The notes under the pieces were generated by a model. That model did no database searches, was not told the origin of the DNA, and saw only the letters and a list, made by a program, of their open reading frames with translations. 64,000 nucleotides of DNA, taken from Spirochaetia bacterium (GTDB taxonomy: Bacteria; Spirochaetota; Spirochaetia; DSM-2461). Where the stretch lies: positions 2,144,001 to 2,208,000 of the forward strand of contig OY764216.1 of NCBI GenBank assembly GCA_963668315.1, read 5' to 3'. A program made the position numbers and the translations under genes. Numbering within the stretch: position 1 is the first letter of the stretch; the number at the start of each line of letters is the position of its first letter. Below are positions 1-9,937 of this stretch, one piece after another.

Positions 1-473
1 TTGAAAAGGCCATAAGCAGCGTGGACAAGGGCGAGGCCCTGGGCGAGAAGGTGCTGGAGATTCAGCTGAAATCGGGCGAGATGACCCAGAAAGTGGCGAC
101 CCTGCTGGATGACGTCAACCGTTCCAGCCAGGAGCAGATGAGGGGCATCAATCAGATCACCGCGGCCATAACCCAGACGAATCAGGGCGTTCAGCAGTCC
201 GCCGCCAGTACGGAGGAGACGGCCGCCGCCAGCGAGGAGCTGCTCAGCCAGGCCGGTGAACTGAACGGAATGGTCGATGAGCTGAACCTGCTAGTCAAGG
301 GGAAGTTGGAAGCGGTGCAACGGCGCGAGCCGCCCTCTGTCGAAACGAAGGAAGTGGCCAAGAGGATTATCAGTGAAAAACCGGTGATTCCCGAGAAGAT
401 AGAACCGCCGAAGAAGGCGGAGAAAAAAGCCAAGGACGTGATTCCCTTTGACGAGGATTTCGAAGAGTTTTAG
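1..473 (+). CDS. Methyl-accepting chemotaxis protein, C-terminal part (5' truncated by the window edge)
   Basis: Frame is open from the window start. Methylation-helix heptads (SQEQMRGINQI, QQSAASTEETAAASEEL), then a Pro/Lys/Glu linker and the C-terminal pentapeptide DFEEF. Confidence 0.93.
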   Translation, partial: EKAISSVDKGEALGEKVLEIQLKSGEMTQKVATLLDDVNRSSQEQMRGINQITAAITQTNQGVQQSAASTEETAAASEELLSQAGELNGMVDELNLLVKGKLEAVQRREPPSVETKEVAKRIISEKPVIPEKIEPPKKAEKKAKDVIPFDEDFEEF

Positions 474-487
474 AAAGGGGGCAGAAC

Positions 488-970
488 ATGACGGAACGAA
501 CAGGTTCGGCAAAGTATCTTGTTTTCTCCCTGGGAAACGAGTTTTACGGCATTCCCATAGAATCGGTCAGGGAGATTATCCGCTTCGATCGGCTTACTCC
601 GGTTCATGATTCCCACGACTATATCATGGGAGTTATCAATCTAAGGGGGAAAATCATACCCGTCCTTGATCTGAGAATGAAGTTGGGTATGGATTTCCTG
701 GATTATTCGGATAAAACCGTATTGATTATCATTGATGTGTCGGGAAAGAACGGCCCGTTTCAGACGGCCCTGTCGGTGGATGCGGTTCACGAGGTGGTTT
801 CTCCCGGGGATAAGGATCAGGAAAGTATTCCCGATATTGGCATGAAGCTGAAAAGGGATTTTCTGACGGGCATTATCAAGAGCAGCGACAGAATGACCAT
901 GGTGCTCAATATGAACCGTATCGTCACATCCGACGAAGTGGTTCATCTGCAGGGCGGTCCGGAAGAATGA
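488..970 (+). CDS. cheW: Chemotaxis coupling protein CheW
   Basis: YLVFSLGNEFYGI..VREII and GVINLRGKIIPVLDLR motifs; lies between the MCP and cheB. Confidence 0.95.
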   Translation: MTERTGSAKYLVFSLGNEFYGIPIESVREIIRFDRLTPVHDSHDYIMGVINLRGKIIPVLDLRMKLGMDFLDYSDKTVLIIIDVSGKNGPFQTALSVDAVHEVVSPGDKDQESIPDIGMKLKRDFLTGIIKSSDRMTMVLNMNRIVTSDEVVHLQGGPEE

Positions 971-2034
971 TTAAAGTTCTCATCGTGGATGATTCGGCCC
1001 TGGTCCGGCAGTTTTTGAGCAAGGGGCTGGAGGAATTCGATGATATTGAAGTGGTGGGGATGGCTCCCGATCCTTATGTGGCCCGGGAAATGGTGGTGGA
1101 AAAGAAGCCCGATGTGATGACTCTGGATATAGAGATGCCCCGTATGGACGGACTGACTTTCCTCAGCAAGCTCATGGCCTATTTCCCCCTTCCGGTGATT
1201 ATTGTCAGTTCCGTGACCACACGGGATAACCAGGCGGCTATCAAGGCTCTGGAAATGGGAGCCTTTGACGTGGTGAACAAACCGGGGGGTAGTATCTCGG
1301 TCAAGGAAGTGATCGGGGATATCGTCGGGAAAATCCGGCAGGCTTATAAAGTGAAAGCGACCTTCCTCACCCGTAGAAAGGCTATTTCCGCCCTGACGGT
1401 CACCCGGAAGGCAGATCCCCGGGAGAAGGAGTACCTTTCGGGGGTGAAAACCACCGGTGTTTATGTGGCCATAGGGAGTTCCACCGGCGGTACGGTGGCT
1501 CTGGAGTATATCCTGTCCCAGCTTCCGCCCTATCTCCCTCCGCTTCTAATCGTCCAGCACATGCCCCTGAATTATACCGCCCCCTTTGCCGAGCGGCTGA
1601 ACAGTATAAGCTCCCTTACGGTTAAGGAATCAAGGGAGGGGGAGGTTCTCCAGGCGGGCCATGCCTATATTGCCCGGGCCGGAGTGCATATGCGCTTTGC
1701 CCGGCGGGGGACTTCGGGTATGCTGGTGCATGAGGACAGCGAGAAGGTCTCCTATCAGAAACCCGCCGTGGATGTTCTGTTTCAGAGTATGGCGGAAGGG
1801 GCGGGCAAAAACGTTCTGGCCATAATACTCACGGGAATGGGAAGCGACGGGGCGAGGGGAATGCTGGACCTGAAGAAGGCCGGAGCCATGACCGTGGCCC
1901 AGGACGAAGCGACATCCGTCGTGTGGGGCATGCCGCGGGCCGCCGTCAAATGCGGGGCCGCCGACCGGGTGCTTTCCCTTGATAAGATTCCCCGGGAGAT
2001 CATTCAGTTCTCCCTGGGACACCGGGAACTCTAG
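967..2034 (+). CDS. cheB: Chemotaxis response regulator protein-glutamate methylesterase CheB
   Basis: Receiver domain (VDDS, LDIEMP, KP) plus methylesterase motifs GSSTGG, VQHMP, LTGMGSDGA, VVWGMP. ATGA overlap with cheW. Confidence 0.96.
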   Translation: MIKVLIVDDSALVRQFLSKGLEEFDDIEVVGMAPDPYVAREMVVEKKPDVMTLDIEMPRMDGLTFLSKLMAYFPLPVIIVSSVTTRDNQAAIKALEMGAFDVVNKPGGSISVKEVIGDIVGKIRQAYKVKATFLTRRKAISALTVTRKADPREKEYLSGVKTTGVYVAIGSSTGGTVALEYILSQLPPYLPPLLIVQHMPLNYTAPFAERLNSISSLTVKESREGEVLQAGHAYIARAGVHMRFARRGTSGMLVHEDSEKVSYQKPAVDVLFQSMAEGAGKNVLAIILTGMGSDGARGMLDLKKAGAMTVAQDEATSVVWGMPRAAVKCGAADRVLSLDKIPREIIQFSLGHREL

Positions 2035-2156
2035 AGAGCGGAGAGTCTCTCAAATCTTAAGTATAACATAATGAATAGTTTATTATATTTTACTGAAAAT
2101 AATGGGAATATTCTTACAAAGTTGTTATATTAAGAGGCGAAATCAGGAGGAATTTC

Positions 2157-2960
2157 ATGACAAAAAAGATTTTAATACTTACGATTGCCGTTGCGGCTGT
2201 GTTCTCTTTGAGCGCCCAGTCATCGGTTAAGGGAATTTCCGTCAATGGATTAACCGGTCTTATGACCACGCCTACCGCCCGTATCGGCTGGGAAAAATCC
2301 GATGTGGGACTGGATTTCGGTTATACCTATCTCGGTGCTGACGGAGACGTCACCCATGTGCCCCGCCTGACTCTGAGCCTTTTTGAAAAGCTCGAAGTGG
2401 CCGGCGCGTTTGCCATGGGCGAAAGAGGAACAGGTGTCGACGATAACGGCTTTATGCTGGCCGGTAAATTCCAGTTCTACCGTTCCGGCGGTTCGTCCCT
2501 GGCGGCGGGAATGGATTTTTCCAATTACGATTATGATAATAATTCCGGAGATCCGGAAAGACTTGTAAGACCCTTCATCGTGGCTACCTACAGCGGCGAC
2601 TTCTTCGAGGCTCCCGCCATAACCAGTATGGCCTTCGGATGGGATCTGGACGACGGAGACGACGACGGCCTGGATTTTGAGAACTTCAATTACTCCATGG
2701 GCTTTGAAATGTCCCTCTTTCCCAAGACTTTCAAGAATTATATCTTCTGGATGAGCGATTTCTCCAACTACAGCTTTGGACGTTACGGCGATAGAAGTAC
2801 GGCAGGTTTGTCCTTGGCCCGCGGTATTTTCAACTCCGGCATCAGAATCGATCCTATCAAAAACAGCCAGTATAAATTCGTTATCGATGTAGTCGGTACC
2901 GACCTTCTCGATACCAACCGGGGCTTCATGCTGGACGCCACTTTCGGTCTGGCCCTTTAG
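2157..2960 (+). CDS. Secreted, probable outer-membrane beta-barrel protein (YjbH-like N-terminus)
   Basis: Signal peptide; GLTGLMTTPTARI motif; alternating hydrophobic strands rich in G/F/Y/D/N; barrel-like C-terminus (LDATFGLAL); strong RBS AGGAGG. Confidence 0.6.
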   Translation: MTKKILILTIAVAAVFSLSAQSSVKGISVNGLTGLMTTPTARIGWEKSDVGLDFGYTYLGADGDVTHVPRLTLSLFEKLEVAGAFAMGERGTGVDDNGFMLAGKFQFYRSGGSSLAAGMDFSNYDYDNNSGDPERLVRPFIVATYSGDFFEAPAITSMAFGWDLDDGDDDGLDFENFNYSMGFEMSLFPKTFKNYIFWMSDFSNYSFGRYGDRSTAGLSLARGIFNSGIRIDPIKNSQYKFVIDVVGTDLLDTNRGFMLDATFGLAL

Positions 2961-2982
2961 TCTGTCTCCTCCCTGCCCGGAA

Positions 2983-3011
2983 TTGATTAAAGCCGAACAG
3001 AATGTTATCCT
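2983..3011 (+). promoter_or_regulatory. Putative sigma70 promoter of upp, embedded in an inverted repeat
   Basis: TTGATT(2983-2988)-N17-TATCCT(3006-3011) with extended TG. GCCGAACAG/CTGTTCGGC inverted repeat flanks the -10. Confidence 0.5.
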
Positions 3012-3064
3012 GTTCGGCAGGGACTTCCCGCGGGGAGTCCACTTCGTGTCAGGGAGGGACGATT

Positions 3065-4126
3065 GTGTCCAATGTGGTATTAAAAGCGGAAGATCTGAAC
3101 GGTTATCTAACCGAGGATGATCAGAAAAATCTGGACTCCATGAATGTGCTTTACAAGAAGGCAATGGAGTGTTACGCCCGTTTAAACAAGGGTGAGGGAA
3201 ATTCGGCTGCCGAAGAGGCGGAACGGAATAAAATCATTTCCCTTTACGAGGAAATGGGCAACCTCATGCAGGATATCACAAGCAAAGAGGGAGCCCTGAA
3301 GGTGTACTCCTTCGAGACTCCCCAGATCAAGCACGGGGAAGTCTCCCGTCTTATTGCCAAACTGAGGGATGTACGAACCGGTCACGATGAGTTCGTCTAC
3401 TATGTGCAGAGGGCTTTCGAGCTTCTTTTCAGTCTGGCCTGGCAGGGCGAGGGGTATAAAAAAAACCACCTCGTCGTTAAAACGCCCGTTACCATGCCCG
3501 TACAGAACTATGCGGTTCATAAAATCCCCAATGTGGATCATGAAATAGAGGATACCGTCATGTGCGTTATGCTCAGGGGAGCCCTTCTTCCCAGCATGAT
3601 CCTCTCCAAGGAGATACAGGAGTACTCTTCCACCGGCTATGTGACTCCCTTCGCTCTTTTCAAGATCAAGAGGGATGAAACGAAAATGAAAGAGGATATG
3701 GAGTATATCCTCGATCTGGAAAAATCCTATTTCAACCTGGAAGAGCTGGACGGAAAAAATCTTGTCTTCGCCGATCCCATGAACGCCACGGGAGGCAGTT
3801 TCGTTACCATTATCAAGTATCTGCTTGACCAGGGGGTTAAACCTAAATCCATCAAGGTCCTGAATGTTATCTCCGCCCTGAAAGGTTCTCTGCAGATTGT
3901 AAGAGCCGTGGAGGGTGTGACGGTTTATACTCTGTGGATGGATCCCATCCTCAATGAGGCGGCCTATATCCTCCCCGGACTGGGCGATGCGGGCGACCGG
4001 CTTAACGGCGTGGACCTTCCCGATAAACCAAGAAATATGATTCAGCTCATCGCCGATTACGGTTCCAATATGGCATCCCTCTACAGGGATCAGGTCAGGA
4101 AAATTGAAGAGACCATTCTCGGCTAG
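3065..4126 (+). CDS. upp: Uracil phosphoribosyltransferase, long form with N-terminal extension
   Basis: PRPP-binding loop [11 protein letters not shown] and C-terminal [15 protein letters not shown] start at 3065 follows AGGGAGG; the ORF-track start at 3002 is probably too early. Confidence 0.92.
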   Translation: MSNVVLKAEDLNGYLTEDDQKNLDSMNVLYKKAMECYARLNKGEGNSAAEEAERNKIISLYEEMGNLMQDITSKEGALKVYSFETPQIKHGEVSRLIAKLRDVRTGHDEFVYYVQRAFELLFSLAWQGEGYKKNHLVVKTPVTMPVQNYAVHKIPNVDHEIEDTVMCVMLRGALLPSMILSKEIQEYSSTGYVTPFALFKIKRDETKMKEDMEYILDLEKSYFNLEELDGKNLVFADPMNATGGSFVTIIKYLLDQGVKPKSIKVLNVISALKGSLQIVRAVEGVTVYTLWMDPILNEAAYILPGLGDAGDRLNGVDLPDKPRNMIQLIADYGSNMASLYRDQVRKIEETILG

Positions 4127-5018
4127 GCTTCTTTTCCTCTTCTTCGTGTTTGCCGCCCTCTTCTCTTGCGCCGGCACTCCCGAGGGGGAGCATCTGGCCG
4201 ACGATTATTACAATCTGGCCCGGGAATTTCACCGGCTGGGAATTTATGACCGGGCCGAGAAATATTACCTGATCTGTCTGGACCGGGAGCCCGAGGGGCG
4301 TGATGCCCTTTATAATCTGGCCCTTGTCTATCTGGAAACGGGGAATCCCGATAAAGCTCTGCCGTTTCTGGAAAAGCTCTTCTCCTTTGACGGGAACAAC
4401 CTGGTCATTATGGATGCTCTGGGAATCGCCTATTCTCTGAAGGAGGAGTGGGACGAATCCCTCTCCTGGTATGACCGGGTTCTGGCAATTTTCCCCTGGG
4501 ACAGCACGGCCTTATACAACAGCGCCCTTATCCTTTCCGATCAGGAAAGACCCGGGGAGGCTCTGGAAAGGCTCGACCGGCTCTGGACCAGGGATAAATC
4601 CTACCGGACAGCCATCGCCCTCTGGGAGAGGACGGAAGAGCGGACGGCGGAAATCAGGGGGGAGTATCTGGAGTCGGCCGTAACGGAGGATGAAGAGCAG
4701 AGGGTGGACCTGATGAAACGGAAGTTCACATTCTGCCTCGCCCAGAACAGAGAGGATGAAGCCCTGGCCCTGGCGGAAGAACTGAAAGAAAAAGATCCTG
4801 AGCAGGAAGGATGGTACTGGTTCAAGGAGGGGGAGCTCCTTCTCAGACAGTACCGGACGGAAGAGGGCCTTGCTTCTGTCAGGGAGGCTTTCCGCAAAGG
4901 CTTTCACCGTGAGAGTGATATCTCCGCTCTGGCGGAGCAGCTGGCTCCCAACTACCGGAATATTATTCTGGAGATGGAAGAACTCTATTTTCCAGAGAAC
5001 GAAGGCGATGTTAATTAA
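4104..5018 (+). CDS. Tetratricopeptide-repeat lipoprotein
   Basis: Lipobox-like LFSC after a hydrophobic stretch; TPR motifs ([27 protein letters not shown]). Confidence 0.8.
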   Translation: MKRPFSARLLFLFFVFAALFSCAGTPEGEHLADDYYNLAREFHRLGIYDRAEKYYLICLDREPEGRDALYNLALVYLETGNPDKALPFLEKLFSFDGNNLVIMDALGIAYSLKEEWDESLSWYDRVLAIFPWDSTALYNSALILSDQERPGEALERLDRLWTRDKSYRTAIALWERTEERTAEIRGEYLESAVTEDEEQRVDLMKRKFTFCLAQNREDEALALAEELKEKDPEQEGWYWFKEGELLLRQYRTEEGLASVREAFRKGFHRESDISALAEQLAPNYRNIILEMEELYFPENEGDVN

Positions 5019-5094
5019 TTGTTAACTTAAGCCGATGATATAAATGAGTCTTTCCTTCCGGGAAGACATGCCGTATTTTGAGAAAGGAAAAATC

Positions 5095-5532
5095 ATGAAT
5101 CGAAGCCGAACAATCAGTTATACACTAATGCAGCTGGCTCTGTCTCTGTATTTTATCGTCCTGGGCATTCAGGAAGTCAGCGGGTCGCAGCAGTCCGATC
5201 TGGTCAGGGGTGTCAGTTCTCTTTTCTCAGGCAATCCCACCATGGACAGCAATGTTCAGATGATCATCGGCATCATTGCCCTTGTCTCGGGAGCTCTGAT
5301 GCTTCTGGGGGTCTTCCAGCTCGTCAAGGGACGGGCTGTGGATATGTTCATTGCGGTAATCTTTCTCTTTTGGCTGGTCCGGATAGTGTATGTCCGGTTT
5401 ATTCTGGAAATGAACCTTGTTTCGGGAACCCTGTCTTTTTATCCCAACCTTGAAGAGTGGCTTCTTTCCCTGTCCCACGATATCCTGGTCCTCTGCTCCA
5501 CATTTATCATAATGCAGCTACACAGAGAATAA
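5095..5532 (+). CDS. Hypothetical integral membrane protein (about 4 TM helices)
   Basis: Four hydrophobic segments; ATG at 5095 follows AAGGA. Confidence 0.7.
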   Translation: MNRSRTISYTLMQLALSLYFIVLGIQEVSGSQQSDLVRGVSSLFSGNPTMDSNVQMIIGIIALVSGALMLLGVFQLVKGRAVDMFIAVIFLFWLVRIVYVRFILEMNLVSGTLSFYPNLEEWLLSLSHDILVLCSTFIIMQLHRE

Positions 5533-7083
5533 TCAGATCGTATTGGGAACGGGGGCTTCGTTTTTCCTGTAAAGATATTTGAAGGGATGAATATCCAGGG
5601 CGTTGGGATACCATCCTCCCAGGAACCGGAGATCAAGCATATGGATCGCCGGGAAGTGTGCCAGGGGCAGGATTTCTCCTGTTTCCAGAAGATATTTTTC
5701 GGCCTGGCTTAACTCTCCAAACCGGTTTTCCTCTCCCGTCTTGCCCGAGTCTTTCAGAAGATCATCAAATTCCCTGCTCTTGAAAGAGGCGTCGTTGAAA
5801 CTGCTCTGCGACTGCCACATTTGAAGAAACGTCATGGGATCGGCATAATCACCCGCCCAGGAAAGATGCCCCAGGGTATATCCCGGCTCCGCCAGGGAGT
5901 CGTAATAGTCGGCGGCGGGAATGGTCTCTATCCTCACCGTCGTATCCAGCGCCTCTTCCCAGTACTGCTTCATCCAGATGGGAACGGGATCGCCCCAGAG
6001 GCCGGCGGGAATCCTGACAACGATTTCGGGCAGCCCCTTGCCGCCGGGAAATCCGGCCTTATCCAGCAGCTTCATCGCCTCCTCTTCGTTCCGGACCATG
6101 GGGCCGGCCGGTACGGGATAGTCGCCGATGGGAGGGACCAGCGTATGGGCCGGAATGAGCTGCTGGCTGTATATTTTATCCCAGGGGAGCAGAAGGGCCA
6201 GAGCTTTCCGGACATTACCCCTGTTCCAGGGGGTATCTCTGTTATTGAAATAGTAATAGGTCGTTCCGAAGAGGGGGGACATGACCATACCGTTGGGATT
6301 GGTCAGCAGGTTCGTACTGTAGCCTGACATTATCCAGTCAAGCTCGAAACGGTTGAATTTGGCCATGACGGCCTGGGGATCCCGGTTCATGGTTACTTCA
6401 ATCGTCTCTATATCAATACTGTCCCTGTCCCAGTAGTAGGGGTTGGCTTCCAGAACGATACGGTCAGGTTCGCTTGATCGTATGCGGTAGGGACCGGTAA
6501 CGGGTATATTTCTTACCCTGGACCAGTCGTCAATATTCTGCATGACCGGATGGACCGGCACGAAACTGAAATGGCAGAGAATACTTAGAAGCTGGGGAGC
6601 GGGCTCATTCAGGGTAACCAGCAGCTCGTTATCCTTTACCGCCTTAATGCCGACTTCCTCCTCGCTTGCCCGGCCGCTGCGGTAATCTGCCGCTCCGGAA
6701 ATGACATCGAGGAGTGAGGAAAAATAGGAACCGCTTTCGGGTGAGAGGCATTTGAGCCAGCTGGACCGTATCTGCTGTGCCGTGACTTTATCGCCGTTGC
6801 TGTAGCGGGCGTCTTCTCTCAGGTAAAAAGTCCAGGACAGTTTATCATCGGAGAGCTTCCACCAGGCCGCCAGGCCGGGAAGGGGTTTCATGGTGGAGGG
6901 ATGGTAGGTAACCAGCCCCTCGTAGAGGCCTGTGAAAAGCTGGGCTTCCGTCGTATTGACCGCTTTATGGGGATCCAGCTGGATGGAACCGGAACCGAGA
7001 TAAAGGCTGAGCATGTCCTCTTCGGCCTGCAGGGCGTACAGAGAGGAGAAGAGCAGAAAAAGCGGCAGAAATCTTTTAAGCAA
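5533..7083 (-). CDS. oppA: Oligopeptide ABC transporter substrate-binding protein (OppA-like, family 5)
   Basis: LDPH, LYEGLV, PGLA..W..SDD..SWTFYLREDARYSNGDKVTA, TGPY and W.GDYADPMTFL motifs; signal peptide. Confidence 0.9.
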   Translation of the reverse strand: MLKRFLPLFLLFSSLYALQAEEDMLSLYLGSGSIQLDPHKAVNTTEAQLFTGLYEGLVTYHPSTMKPLPGLAAWWKLSDDKLSWTFYLREDARYSNGDKVTAQQIRSSWLKCLSPESGSYFSSLLDVISGAADYRSGRASEEEVGIKAVKDNELLVTLNEPAPQLLSILCHFSFVPVHPVMQNIDDWSRVRNIPVTGPYRIRSSEPDRIVLEANPYYWDRDSIDIETIEVTMNRDPQAVMAKFNRFELDWIMSGYSTNLLTNPNGMVMSPLFGTTYYYFNNRDTPWNRGNVRKALALLLPWDKIYSQQLIPAHTLVPPIGDYPVPAGPMVRNEEEAMKLLDKAGFPGGKGLPEIVVRIPAGLWGDPVPIWMKQYWEEALDTTVRIETIPAADYYDSLAEPGYTLGHLSWAGDYADPMTFLQMWQSQSSFNDASFKSREFDDLLKDSGKTGEENRFGELSQAEKYLLETGEILPLAHFPAIHMLDLRFLGGWYPNALDIHPFKYLYRKNEAPVPNTI

Positions 7084-7100
7084 AGGGTTACTCCTTGAAA

Positions 7101-7454
7101 TTATGAGACGCAGAGGAGGGAGAGAATCTTTTTATAGTCCTCGCTTCTGAGCGGCTTTATGAATACATCGTCGAAGCCGCAGGACTTCAGATGATCAATC
7201 ATGGAATCGTCGCTGGTGATGGCGATGAGAGGCGTGGTTATTCCCAGGGAACGGGCTTCCTTGACGAGAACATCACCGTTCATTCCCGGCATGTACTGAT
7301 CCAGAATAATGACGTCGAACTGGTGAAGCTTCATGGAATTCAGCGCTGTCCTCCCGTCTTCGGCGAGGAAACAGTCAATCCCGGCCTTCCTGCACTGGAT
7401 TTCCATAATTTTTCTATTGGTGAATTCATCTTCCGCATAGAGAATTTTACCCAT
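7101..7454 (-). CDS. Single-domain (CheY-like) response regulator
   Basis: ILYAEDE, ILDQYMPGMNG, IAITS and KP receiver motifs; ATG at 7454 preferred (purine-rich RBS, TATAAT upstream). Confidence 0.88.
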   Translation of the reverse strand: MGKILYAEDEFTNRKIMEIQCRKAGIDCFLAEDGRTALNSMKLHQFDVIILDQYMPGMNGDVLVKEARSLGITTPLIAITSDDSMIDHLKSCGFDDVFIKPLRSEDYKKILSLLCVS

Positions 7455-7685
7455 ACGTACCTTCCCGCTTCTCATCTATTATAATACATCTTATCGGGAT
7501 TCATGTTTTTTTTCCACAATAAATTGTTAAGAACGGTAAAAAAGGTTTTCCGTCTTTACGATTCCCCGTAAAAAGGGGAAATATCCTGTTTCCCGCCTAT
7601 GTTGCCCTTTACAGGAACGGAATAATGGCCGATTTTTGTAAGAGGGAAGGACCGCAAGGGGCCGGACCTTAAAGGGATAACAGGG

Positions 7686-9032
7686 ATGATCATGAAAAAA
7701 TACAAAGCAGCCTTACTCGTTCTCCTCTTCTGCGTCGGGGGGCTTTCCGCCGAAGAGGTGCAGTTTGCCTTTCGTCTGGAAGATGAATATACCATGACGG
7801 AGCGGGCCGATTACAGCAAGAGGGTCAACGGGGTCTACCAGGGGTATGTCAACCGGGAAATACGGGGTGCCTTCCGTTCCAGGGAGGAGGAGCCGGGCGT
7901 CTTTCATGTGGAGGGAACATGGTTCCGCGCGCGGGAGATCCGAAAGGACGGACTGCTCAATGCCCTTCCCCTTGAACGGGTGGAGAAGGCTGAATTCATT
8001 CAGGACAGTCTGGGAAACACCCGGGTTTCCGGGCCCTTTCCCATTCTCAGAAATTTTCCCCGCTTTCCCAACGAACCGGTCGGACCGGGCGACAGCTGGG
8101 AAGCCCCCCTGGAAATGGTCATTTTCGATCAGGCGGGAGATCTGACGGCGGAACTTTCCCTTTACTGCGGTTATACCTACCAGGGGACCGATGTCTACAA
8201 AGAGAGACCGGTTCATGTCATTCAGGCCCAGTATGCCGTAAGGAAACGGGGTTACGACAGGAATATCGGGCTGATTATCGACGATGTCCAGGGTTCTCAC
8301 CGAGTGACCTTGATGATTGATCAGGAGACTATGAGCCCCATCCTGGCCAGGGACAGTTTCCAGGAAAACTGGGTCTATAAGGGAGGCCGGCGGGAAGAGT
8401 ACAAGGGGTTCAATCTTGTTTTCTACGAAGGCATAACCGGTATGGACCGTCCCGGTCTCCTCGACTCTCTGGCCAGGGGGCTGGGAGACGGCGCCGTACT
8501 GGCCAAGACCGATCCGTCCCCCGCCGGGGAAGGCCGGGGGGAAGGTTCCGACGGGAGCGAAACGGATCCCGCCGGGGAGGACTCATCTTCCCGGGGACAG
8601 GGGCTCCCTCTACCCGATGCAGCTGAACTGGCCGAAAGGGATAAATCCCTCTTCGAGCAGGATGTAACCCTCTACGAGAGGGAAGAGGGCGTCGCTCTCT
8701 CTTTGAACAATCTTCATTTTCTCCCCGATCAGGCTGTGATCCTGGCACAGGATTATCCCCTGCTGGACAGGATCGCACAGATGCTCAAGTCCGTACCAGA
8801 CAGAACGCTTCTGGTCAAGGGCTATACAGCCGATGTGGGTTCCATGGAGTCCCAGATGGTCCTCTCCCAGGAGAGAGCCAGGGTCGTGGTGGATGAAATG
8901 GTGTCCCGAGGGCTGGAGGCGGACCGTTTTGTTTTTATAGGTCTGGGGGGAGCGGAGCCGCTGGGAGACAACGGCACCGAAGAGGGCAGGAAACTCAACC
9001 GGAGGGTCGAGATCGTCATTATGGAGGACTGA
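7686..9032 (+). CDS. OmpA-family peptidoglycan-binding domain protein
   Basis: Signal peptide, large N-terminal domain, acidic/Gly linker, C-terminal OmpA-like domain (GYTA..GS...LSQERA, NRRVEI). Confidence 0.88.
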   Translation: MIMKKYKAALLVLLFCVGGLSAEEVQFAFRLEDEYTMTERADYSKRVNGVYQGYVNREIRGAFRSREEEPGVFHVEGTWFRAREIRKDGLLNALPLERVEKAEFIQDSLGNTRVSGPFPILRNFPRFPNEPVGPGDSWEAPLEMVIFDQAGDLTAELSLYCGYTYQGTDVYKERPVHVIQAQYAVRKRGYDRNIGLIIDDVQGSHRVTLMIDQETMSPILARDSFQENWVYKGGRREEYKGFNLVFYEGITGMDRPGLLDSLARGLGDGAVLAKTDPSPAGEGRGEGSDGSETDPAGEDSSSRGQGLPLPDAAELAERDKSLFEQDVTLYEREEGVALSLNNLHFLPDQAVILAQDYPLLDRIAQMLKSVPDRTLLVKGYTADVGSMESQMVLSQERARVVVDEMVSRGLEADRFVFIGLGGAEPLGDNGTEEGRKLNRRVEIVIMED

Positions 9033-9034
9033 TC

Positions 9035-9068
9035 AGCCCGGGAAGCCGCCCCCCCCCCGGGCTTTCTC
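9035..9068. terminator. Hairpin between convergent genes, probable terminator
   Basis: AGCCCGGG(9035-9042)...CCCGGGCT(9056-9063) followed by TTCTC. Confidence 0.55.
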
Positions 9069-9935
9069 TCAGCTCAGTTCGATGGTGAACGCCGCCCGGA
9101 ATGTCTTGCCGGGAGCCAGAGGAAGCAGGCCTTCCTTTTCTCGCCAGTCACCCGAGTCGCCCTCGGTCGAATCCACTCCGTACCAGGGTTCCAGACAGAT
9201 AAAAGCCCCTTCGGGACCTCCCTTCTTCCAGATGCCGAAATAGGGGAATCCGGTAAAATCCATCGTAACCTTTCTTGAGCTCCCCGGCGTCATCAGGGTT
9301 ATGTGGTTTGATTGAACGTCATCCAGGATCAAAGCCCCCCGGTTGAAAAGTTCATGGGTCAGGGAGATGGTGTCCTCATCATTGAGCAGGTCTTCTCTTT
9401 CTCCGGTGAGAAGATCTTTTTTAAGGCGGCGGGAAAGGGTCTCTTTCTTCTCGAATACCAGACGGTACTCCTCAAAGGCCCGATCTGCCTCCAGGGGACA
9501 GCGGAATGCCGGGTGGGCCCCCAGAGAGAAAAGCATCTCGGCCTCTGAGCGGTTCGTTACGGCGTATTCCATGGTTAGGGTCGAGGAGGAGAGCCGGTAG
9601 GTCAGGTCCAGTTCGAAGTCATAGGGATAGCTTGCCTTTGTTTCCCCGTCGGAGAGGAGACGGAACGTGAGAAAATCCACTCCCCTGTCCGCCAGGGCAA
9701 AGTCCTTACGGCGGGCAACACCGTGGGAGGCAATTTCGTAGGATTTCCCGTCAAGGGTATATGAACCCCCGGGAACACCGCCTATGAGGGGGAACAGCAG
9801 GGGTGACTGGCCGGTCCAGGACTTCTCATCCCCCTGCCAGAGATACTCCCGGCCCTCGAGCTGAAAACTGGTCAGTTCCGCTCCCTTCTCCTTGACCTCT
9901 ATCTTCAGCCGGTCCTTTTCAAGCGTGTGATTCAT
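9069..9935 (-). CDS. Aldose 1-epimerase family protein (LacX-like)
   Basis: KGAELTS, EYLWQGD..W..QSPLLFP, HG.AR, FSLGAHPAF and FICLEPWYG motifs. Real start is MNHTLEK at 9935; the ORF-track extension overlaps kduD. Confidence 0.92.
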   Translation of the reverse strand: MNHTLEKDRLKIEVKEKGAELTSFQLEGREYLWQGDEKSWTGQSPLLFPLIGGVPGGSYTLDGKSYEIASHGVARRKDFALADRGVDFLTFRLLSDGETKASYPYDFELDLTYRLSSSTLTMEYAVTNRSEAEMLFSLGAHPAFRCPLEADRAFEEYRLVFEKKETLSRRLKKDLLTGEREDLLNDEDTISLTHELFNRGALILDDVQSNHITLMTPGSSRKVTMDFTGFPYFGIWKKGGPEGAFICLEPWYGVDSTEGDSGDWREKEGLLPLAPGKTFRAAFTIELS

Positions 9936-9937
9936 TA

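Noticed and set aside
3065..3300. Extra N-terminal helical region on UPRTase
   Set aside because: Long UPRTases are, to my knowledge, typical of treponeme-like spirochaetes. Mentioned only in relation to the leader RNA.
9049..9058. C10 homopolymer as a phase-variation tract
   Set aside because: It lies in a hairpin between convergent stop codons, not in a coding region or promoter.
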